Shown here: in pieces, positions 37,872-43,269 of the stretch | Layout: each line of letters opens with the position of its first letter | How positions within the stretch are numbered: the stretch's first letter is position 1 | Virus record (IMG/VR): IMGVR_UViG_3300031087_000527 | Span: 209,384 to 259,022 of that record | DNA: 49,639 nt | Direction: 5' to 3' (one strand) | From: a virus | Lineage: Duplodnaviria > Heunggongvirae > Uroviricota > Caudoviricetes | Notes under the pieces: generated by a model | The model's input: the letters and a program-made list of their open reading frames with translations, nothing else | Databases searched by the model: none | What the model was told of the DNA's origin: nothing | Made by a program: the position numbers and the translations under genes

Positions 37872-38231
37872 TTAAGAAAAAGTAGCCATTCTTATCGCAG
37901 GCTCTTTAAAATCTAATGTGGTTAAAAAAGACAGAATGGATGAGGCTTCTTTAATAAAGTCTTCTGTTCTTTGTTTAAAATCATCATCTATCCTGAACAA
38001 AGGAAGCTTGTAAATTTCTGAGTCATAGAAGCCCTCAGAGAAGTTTTCTTGATTTGCATCCTTTAAAAGAACGGCTGTAGATTGATCATCGTTGTAAGAG
38101 CAAGTCTCAACGCTAATAGCATATTTTTTGCCAATCTTTTTCAATGAATCTTTATGTTCTTCTATGTCAGATGCTTGTTTTGAAGTGACTTCAGCCATGC
38201 GATTGCACGATATGGATCCCCACACGCTCAT
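37872..38231 (-). CDS. Six-member array protein P6 (most divergent)
   Basis: KKYAISVET, FYDSEIYKLP, DDDFKQRTEDFIKE. Confidence 0.8.
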   Translation of the reverse strand: MSVWGSISCNRMAEVTSKQASDIEEHKDSLKKIGKKYAISVETCSYNDDQSTAVLLKDANQENFSEGFYDSEIYKLPLFRIDDDFKQRTEDFIKEASSILSFLTTLDFKEPAIRMATFS

Positions 38232-38339
38232 AATTTAATCCTCTTGTTAGTTAATATTATATTTCCATTTGTTTCAAAATAATGCTATATTTAAAAACGG
38301 GAATGTCAAATTTGAAAAAATAAAGAGGATGATGTTATC

Positions 38340-38576
38340 ATGAAAGACGTTGTAGGAAATAAGCTTAAGAAAAACGATGAGGTGTGGTATTTAACGCTAC
38401 CTGAAAAAGGCTTTGTGGCTAAAGGTTTGATAACTGACATTATAAAATACGATATAGGCGGATACAGGCATGAAAATGTCTTGGTGGATGGCGTTTTAAG
38501 AGGACCACTTGAGGTGGTTCTGGCGTCAGATACAAAAAGAGCAGAGCCTTATTTGCAAAAGCTCCTAAATAAATAA
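38340..38576 (+). CDS. Small hypothetical protein
   Basis: MKDVVGNKLKKNDEV, a phage-type SH3-like start. Confidence 0.65.
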   Translation: MKDVVGNKLKKNDEVWYLTLPEKGFVAKGLITDIIKYDIGGYRHENVLVDGVLRGPLEVVLASDTKRAEPYLQKLLNK

Positions 38577-38593
38577 CATAAAGAGAGGCTGTT

Positions 38594-38782
38594 ATGAATA
38601 AAATATTTCCATTAAAAGGTAAGAAAATCAACAAACTTGAGCATATTGGCCCTCCATTTTCCAGTGGCGAGATGGTTCGCTGTGAGACGAGAATCAATGA
38701 GATAAAAATGGAGGCTATGTCATATTGTTTAGGCTTTCCTCTTGATGCTATTCGTGCTGTATATAGTCACGTCTTAAGTTAA
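38594..38782 (+). CDS. Small hypothetical protein
   Basis: GAGG RBS. Confidence 0.55.
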   Translation: MNKIFPLKGKKINKLEHIGPPFSSGEMVRCETRINEIKMEAMSYCLGFPLDAIRAVYSHVLS

Positions 38783-38789
38783 AAAAGAC

Positions 38790-38818
38790 TTGTACTGCAT
38801 GGTTTGTTTTGCTATAGT
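38790..38818 (+). promoter_or_regulatory. Promoter for first tRNA-like pair
   Basis: TTGTAC-17-TATAGT. Confidence 0.7.
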
Positions 38819-38824
38819 GTGTTC

Positions 38825-38923
38825 AGGGAGTTAGCTTATGGGTAAAGCGCGTTTAATATGTCTCGAAATTCTAGATAAGAGGCTGTAACTTAAACGAGAA
38901 TCCGGTTCGAGTCCGGCGCACCG
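38825..38923 (+). ncRNA. tRNA-like RNA A, anticodon arm extended (~35-nt insert), weak acceptor stem
   Basis: TA-GCTT-ATGGGTA-AAGC D arm; CGTTTA/TAAACG stem enclosing GTCTC/GAGGC; CCGG-TTCGAGT-CCGG T arm. Confidence 0.6.
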
Positions 38924-38995
38924 TTTGTGTAGCCTAACTGGTAAGGCACTATTAGCAATAGGTATGTGGAGTTCGATTCTCTGCCGCAAGCACCA
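38923..38995 (+). ncRNA. tRNA-like RNA B, shortened anticodon arm, encoded CCA
   Basis: GTTTGTG/CGCAAGC acceptor; GCCT/AGGC D arm; CTA-TTAGCAA-TAG; GTGGAG-TTCGATT-CTCTGC; ACCA. Confidence 0.7.
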
Positions 38996-39009
38996 AAGAG
39001 AGGTGAATA

Positions 39010-39417
39010 ATGTTAAAAGTGATTGTTAATGTATGCCCTTCGGCAAAGCTGAAAGAGATGTCGGGCGAGTCCGGCGTAATTTTGACGGATGCTGAGTTGT
39101 ATAAAATGCTGAATGGTGAAGAGAAGTTCGGACCATTTATGTATGACCAGAGCAATATCGAAGGTTTGGTCGATGCAGTAGTTGAAGCCAGTAAGGTAAA
39201 GGATATTGTGATCCATACTTTTAATTCGGGACTGCTTAACTGGTTTGAAGATAATGTGGCTATTTCTTCATTTTATGTGTTAAATGAGCAGGGCGAACCA
39301 GAGTTGCTTTTCAGCTATAAGCACATGTTAGAAAAGCTTGATTGTATGGGGCCTGGCGAAGCAGTGAGCGATACAGATTTCGAGAGATTCTCAGAAATCT
39401 ACGGTGAAAAAGCTTAA
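39010..39417 (+). CDS. Hypothetical protein resembling the C-terminal part of AAA/ABC ATPases
   Basis: LVDAVVEAS...VIHTFNSGLLNWF...GPGE; no Walker A; GAGGTG RBS. Confidence 0.65.
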   Translation: MLKVIVNVCPSAKLKEMSGESGVILTDAELYKMLNGEEKFGPFMYDQSNIEGLVDAVVEASKVKDIVIHTFNSGLLNWFEDNVAISSFYVLNEQGEPELLFSYKHMLEKLDCMGPGEAVSDTDFERFSEIYGEKA

Positions 39418-39425
39418 AAAAGTTG

Positions 39426-39461
39426 TTGCACTTCAGAAAGTCATTTGATAGAATGACTTTC
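39426..39461 (+). promoter_or_regulatory. Promoter with overlapping palindromic operator upstream of suppressor tRNA
   Basis: TTGCAC-17-TAGAAT; GAAAGTCATT-TGATAG-AATGACTTTC (39436-39461) covers the -10 box. Confidence 0.7.
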
Positions 39462-39482
39462 GTAGTGAGAAGGAAATAAAGT

Positions 39483-39556
39483 GTCTTTGTAGCTTAGCGG
39501 TAAAGCAGGAGTCTCTAAAACTCTGGACGCGGGTTCGAATCCCGCCATTGACACCA
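39483..39556 (+). tRNA. Amber suppressor tRNA (anticodon CUA)
   Basis: GTCTTTG/CATTGAC acceptor (two U-U); GCTT/AAGC; GGAGT-CT CTA AA-ACTCT; GCGGG-TTCGAAT-CCCGC; ACCA. Confidence 0.8.
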
Positions 39557-39558
39557 AC

Positions 39559-39707
39559 GGGAAAAATATAGACACGCATTCTCTTAGTTAGCGCTGACGA
39601 AAGAATGTGGAAGGTAGGCATCCTTTGGTCTATAAGTGAGGAACAGTATTGAGTCGCTCTCAGCTTCTGTTTTTCATCAGTGAGGTTCGATTCCTCTATT
39701 CCTGCCA
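39559..39707 (+). ncRNA. Giant cloverleaf RNA C (D arm replaced by 3-way junction, long anticodon arm, CCA)
   Basis: GGGAAAA/TATTCCT; TATAGAC/GTCTATA; CGCATTCT/AGAATGTG; GAGGAACAG/CTGTTTTTC; GAGG-TTCGATT-CCTC; GCCA. Confidence 0.6.
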
Positions 39708-39710
39708 AGT

Positions 39711-39832
39711 CGATAGTGTATAGGCGTTTAGTAAAGCAGGTGCTTCAACTATACAGGTGAACTGCCCGGTCAGCTTGCTTCTGACTGAATAAGGGATGGC
39801 GGTTATCAGAGTTCGAGTCTCTCTATAGGCCA
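39711..39832 (+). ncRNA. Giant cloverleaf RNA D (extended D and anticodon arms, CCA)
   Basis: CGATAG/CTATAG; TGTATAG/CTATACA; AACTGCC/GGCGGTT; GTCAG/CTGAC; AGAG-TTCGAGT-CTCT; GCCA. Confidence 0.55.
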
Positions 39833-39836
39833 TATT

Positions 39837-39921
39837 GCTCTGGTGGTGGAATCGGTAGACGCGGTGGACTCAAAATCCATTGCCGCAAGGCGTGAGGGTT
39901 CAAGTCCCTCCTGGAGCACCA
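39837..39921 (+). tRNA. tRNA-Leu (CAA)
   Basis: Canonical type II cloverleaf; GTGGA-CT CAA AA-TCCAT; variable arm GCC-GCAA-GGC; A73; CCA. Confidence 0.95.
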
Positions 39922-39928
39922 AACCAAG

Positions 39929-40001
39929 TAGTAAGTAGCATAATGTTTAATGCGCCATTCGTGTTAGAATGGAGATCTGAGTAGAAATCTCAGTTTACTG
40001 T
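39929..40001 (+). pseudogene. Degenerate tRNA (Asn-like GTT in an 8-nt loop)
   Basis: TAGTAAG/TTTACTG; GCAT/ATGC; CCATT/AATGG; CTGAG-TAGAAAT-CTCAG (non-consensus T loop); no CCA. Confidence 0.6.
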
Positions 40002-40060
40002 GCGGGAGTGTCAACGAAGGGGGCTATTTTGTAGAATGGCTACTTCGTGAGTTTGAAATT

Positions 40061-40253
40061 GGATGAGTGCCTGAACTGACAGGCAAGTGTAAGACCTGAT
40101 GGGAAGTAGATATCGTGGGATGTAATCGGTTAAGTAAGCGCGTTGTAAGACCACACTGTCCCAATAAACTACCTGCGAAATCTTTGCCCCGGTGAGACTC
40201 CGGTGTTAACTAGCAGGTAGCATAGACAAGCTGGAGATCAGTACCAGCCATCC
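40061..40253 (+). ncRNA. Structured RNA E in a tRNA-like frame
   Basis: GGATG/CATCC stacked on GCTGG/CCAGC; D-like GCCTG/CAGGC; inner CTACCTGC/GCAGGTAG, TGGGAT/GTCCCA and CCGG-TGAGACT-CCGG. Confidence 0.5.
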
Positions 40254-40275
40254 GAAAAAAATGGTAAAAAAGTAG

Positions 40276-40304
40276 TTGATTTTGAGTTTTGGTTTTGGTA
40301 AGAT
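40276..40304 (+). promoter_or_regulatory. Promoter for RNA F-M transcript
   Basis: TTGATT-17-TAAGAT. Confidence 0.65.
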
Positions 40305-40310
40305 GTAGTT

Positions 40311-40715
40311 CTTGAGGCGATGATGACTGGTGATGATTTCTGCCAGACTGTCTGTGAAGAGCAGAACGCTTAGCCTCCTTTTACGAAAATAGAAAACCTG
40401 ACCGCTCTGCGGATACCGTGGGGCGAGTGATTGGGGTAAGGTATACTGCGTGTCGTAGGTGCTTTACTTAAAGGCGGGAGAGGAATGATCATAGGCTCTC
40501 AAGATGTTTATATTAGAGTGCTGTATAAATGCCTACTACGCTCTACTGTGATGTGGAGCGAGTGTTCTGAAATAGGCGATTGGGGGGATGAACATTAGCC
40601 TCAACTTCCTCCCTCGAAAGAGGGAGTTGTTCTAAAGGTAGTAAAGAGCACAAGCAAATAACCGAAAGGCTTTGTTTTTAGTGCGGAAAAACTTGAGAGA
40701 TCCGATCTCTCAAGT
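40311..40715 (+). ncRNA. Candidate large structured RNA F (~400 nt)
   Basis: No credible ORF; CTCCCTC-GAAA-GAGGGAG, CC-GAAA-GG, CGCTCTAC/GTGGAGCG, GAGAG/CTCTC, and the perfect ACTTGAGAGA/TCTCTCAAGT. Confidence 0.55.
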
Positions 40716-40720
40716 CTAAT

Positions 40721-40867
40721 GTCGTGATAGTTTAGTGGTAAAACGCGAAGCGTAGTCTGAATAGGTAGGTTAAAATCCTGCTCTTTCCCTGAGTGGAAAG
40801 ATGTCCGAGTGTTTAGGATCAGATAGTAGTCTTCGAAGACTCCGGTTCGATTCCGGTATCGACACCA
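40721..40867 (+). ncRNA. Nested double tRNA G: tRNA whose anticodon loop is replaced by a circularly permuted tRNA
   Basis: Outer D GTTT/AAAC, AC CGAAG/CTTCG, T CCGG-TTCGATT-CCGG, ACCA. Inner 40755-40824: GTCTG/CAGAT, GTAGG-TTAAAAT-CCTGC, TCTTTCC/GGAAAGA, TG, TCC-GAGTGTTTA-GGA. Confidence 0.75.
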
Positions 40868-40870
40868 AAT

Positions 40871-40966
40871 ATTAGTAGCTTACAGGAAGCTGGTAAAGCG
40901 TTTCTCCGATTGATCAGGGATGTAAACTTTACATAAAGTCTGGTTCAACTCCAGATACTAATACCA
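40871..40966 (+). ncRNA. tRNA-like RNA J (perfect acceptor and T arm, non-decoding middle, CCA)
   Basis: ATTAGTA/TACTAAT; TCTGG-TTCAACT-CCAGA; ACCA; extended D-like hairpin GCTTAC/GTAAAGC. Confidence 0.65.
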
Positions 40967-41032
40967 GAATGCCTTTAGGTATTCCGTTTTTGACTAAGGA
41001 GCTTGACTCCAACTGATTCCAGTTAAATGTTC

Positions 41033-41277
41033 TGGTGGCGGGTGGAACCGCGAACAAAAAGTTACAGCCTACAAAGATGCGGCTGGGGAACGTAAAGCTT
41101 AATATCTTATGGGGCCAGTTTTAAGTTTCTGGCAAGCAGGTAAATCGGTTCGCTTCCAAGCTGACGGGTTTATTAATCAAAAACACCTGATGTTGCGGTC
41201 AGGGGCATGAATGACAAATGGGCGACATTGCTGAGTGTGTGACAACTTTGAATTTCACTCGTCCCCAAACGCCACCA
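41033..41277 (+). ncRNA. Candidate structured RNA K (~245 nt, closed by an 8-bp helix, ends in CCA)
   Basis: TGGTGGCG/CGCCACCA; hairpins CAGCC/GGCTG, GCCAG/CTGGC and CCTGA/TCAGG. Confidence 0.5.
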
Positions 41278-41282
41278 ATTTA

Positions 41283-41645
41283 AGGGTGGTTCTACTGTAG
41301 TGATACAGCAGAGTAGCTTATCCAAAGCAAAGGTTTCTCAGTGCTTTACCGAGTCCGAATGTGTACGCTTTGCTCGATCCGAAAGGATACTTGTTTAAAG
41401 ATTATCGTTCATTATGGGCAAAAGATGTGGGTAATCCTCGTTTAGGCGGGGATTATTCGAGGAGAAACGTGGACTTCTTTAACAACACACGCTTGCCATA
41501 GAAAGGTTGCTCGCTATGGAATCACAAGAAAGAGGATGTCTTAGCCTGACTTTAGGCTTAGCGCCTCTCTGTTAGCCTATTAGGAGAGGATTGTGAAATA
41601 GCAAAAGGCAAGCTCACTCTCAAACCGGTGTAGAGATGAGTCGCA
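41283..41645 (+). ncRNA. Candidate large structured RNA M (~360 nt)
   Basis: CTGTA-GTGA-TACAG, AGCAAAG/CTTTGCT, ATCC-GAAA-GGAT, TAATCCTCG/CGGGGATTA, CCATAG/CTATGG, TCACAA/TTGTGA, AGCCT/AGGCT, CCTCTCT/GGAGAGG; no ORF. Confidence 0.6.
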
Positions 41646-41676
41646 GCCCTTGTCCTTATTGGCCAGGGGCTTTTTG
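41646..41676 (+). terminator. Intrinsic terminator ending the RNA F-M block
   Basis: GCCCTTGTCC-TTATT-GGCCAGGGGC-TTTTT. Confidence 0.7.
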
Positions 41677-41798
41677 TTTTTCAGGTTTTAATTAGCCACA
41701 AACAAGTAAAGTGTTAAATTTCTTACATTTATTGACATTTTGATAATTAATGTTAGTCTTTTTGAGAGAATAATCTCAATAAATGGAGGATAAATATT

Positions 41799-41927
41799 AT
41801 GGCTTTAAAACCCGGTCCTAAAAGAATAGCTGAATCAACTGGAAAACCAGACCAGCGTCTGCGTGATAATAAAAAAACACCTGGAAATAATCCAGACGTT
41901 AAACCTAGCAAATCTTCAGGGAAGTGA
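41799..41927 (+). CDS. Small basic Pro/Lys-rich protein (42 aa, not in ORF track)
   Basis: GGAGG RBS; MALKPGPKRIAESTGKPDQRLRDNK...; own promoter and terminator. Confidence 0.7.
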   Translation: MALKPGPKRIAESTGKPDQRLRDNKKTPGNNPDVKPSKSSGK

Positions 41928-42025
41928 TGTCTGAATTTTTTAATTTGATAAGCCCTTCGGGGCTTTTTTTGTATTAGAGAACAGATAACCAATATTATTT
42001 TGCTTAAAATGGAGTAAGTGTATAG

Positions 42026-42514
42026 ATGACTAAAGCGAAAATGGGTAGAGCTAAAAAAAGTGACTATGTCATAATAACTGATGAATTATTAAAAGAGGCT
42101 GTAGAAAATAATATAAGTCTAGCTGGGGTTTTAAAATATTTAAACAAGAAACAAGCAGGAGGGACGCAAGCACATTATAAAAACAGAATAAACAGATTAG
42201 GGTTGAACTGTGATCATTTTTTAGGCAAAGGTCATAATAAAAATAAAACATGGGCTATAAGAAAAGAACCTAAAGATATATTGATAAAAAGAGAAGGTTA
42301 TATGAGACAAAGATCACATCTCTTAAGGAGGGCTTTGATAGAATCTGGAATCCCCTATGAATGTTCAGACTGTGGTTGTTGTTCAGAGTGGAGAGGTAGC
42401 CCCCTTGTTTTAGATGTTGATCATATTAATGAGGATTGGCTAGATGATAGAATTGAGAATTTGAGATTCCTTTGCCCCAATTGTCATAGTCAATATAGTA
42501 GAAATTTAAAATAA
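42026..42514 (+). CDS. HNH endonuclease within the tRNA cluster
   Basis: CSDCG...LDVDHINEDWLDDRIENLRFLCPNCHSQ. Confidence 0.88.
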   Translation: MTKAKMGRAKKSDYVIITDELLKEAVENNISLAGVLKYLNKKQAGGTQAHYKNRINRLGLNCDHFLGKGHNKNKTWAIRKEPKDILIKREGYMRQRSHLLRRALIESGIPYECSDCGCCSEWRGSPLVLDVDHINEDWLDDRIENLRFLCPNCHSQYSRNLK

Positions 42515-42517
42515 AGC

Positions 42518-42546
42518 TTGTTTTTCAAAAAGAGTTTATGTATAAT
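42518..42546 (+). promoter_or_regulatory. Promoter for RNA L / tRNA-Leu(UAG)
   Basis: TTGTTT-17-TATAAT. Confidence 0.65.
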
Positions 42547-42553
42547 CTTTTTA

Positions 42554-42619
42554 CTGGTTAGGGAATGACGGAGTGTTTCGCGAAGCACTGAGGTTCGAAT
42601 CCTCACATGAACTAACTGG
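42554..42619 (+). ncRNA. Small T-arm-bearing RNA L
   Basis: CTGGTTAG/CTAACTGG outer stem; GTGTTT-CGCG-AAGCAC; TGAGG-TTCGAAT-CCTCA. Confidence 0.5.
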
Positions 42620-42676
42620 AGGAAGGAGTGTATTCTAATATACTCTGAGAAGAGATAGAACAGCTTCTTCCGCAAT

Positions 42677-42761
42677 GCTCCGGTGGTGAAATTGGTAACC
42701 ACGCCAGATTTAGGTTCTGGTGCCGCAAGGTTTGTCGGTTCGAGTCCGACCCGGAGCACCA
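42677..42761 (+). tRNA. tRNA-Leu (UAG)
   Basis: GCTCCGG/CCGGAGC; CCAGA-TT TAG GT-TCTGG; variable arm; GTCGG-TTCGAGT-CCGAC; ACCA. Confidence 0.95.
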
Positions 42762-43269
42762 AACTCATTAGGATAACAGGTTAGACTGAGGCTGTTATTT
42801 TAAATCATCTTGTCTGGTATGAGTTCCAAGGGCAAGCGGGATAAGTTCGCTGAAGACGATATGGAATGCGAATGCTGACTGGCAGTTTCAACCAGAGGGT
42901 ATTTAACAGCAAACTAAAAATCTGAACAAACCTGATCATTGTTCAAATAAATATTTGATTTTACCTATTATCGATGTTATGCTTTATTTATTCACATAGA
43001 TAGTGAATAGATATTTTCATATGTTAATGGGAAATATATAACAACAAGAAATCTTTGTTAAATGAAATGGTTTGGATTGATTAATTAGGTTGTTTTCGTT
43101 AAAAAGCGTTATAATGGCCTTGATTTAACTATTGCTAATAGTGGTTTTAGTTATAAGCCCCAAATCATATTTAAAAGTGCTAACGAGTTTTTCTTCTTTG
43201 TGAAGGAAAATAGTGATAGCAGGAAAAAAGAGGTTGATGTTAGTTCACAACCTGCTTTATACGTTCATG

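Noticed and set aside
39557-39640. Theta (HDV-like) ribozyme after the suppressor tRNA, or a hammerhead at CTGACGA (39594-39600)
   Set aside because: No nested double pseudoknot visible, and no stem II/GAAA arrangement for a hammerhead; the region folds better as the D-arm domain of RNA C.
39433-39708. Minus-strand 91-aa ORF (also 38952-39155, 42490-42768, 41753-41992)
   Set aside because: Antisense shadows of tRNA/RNA genes or of better plus-strand genes; no RBS.
41033-41277. tmRNA
   Set aside because: No G3-U70 acceptor, no T arm, and no convincing tag frame (best frame ends ...ERKA-stop).
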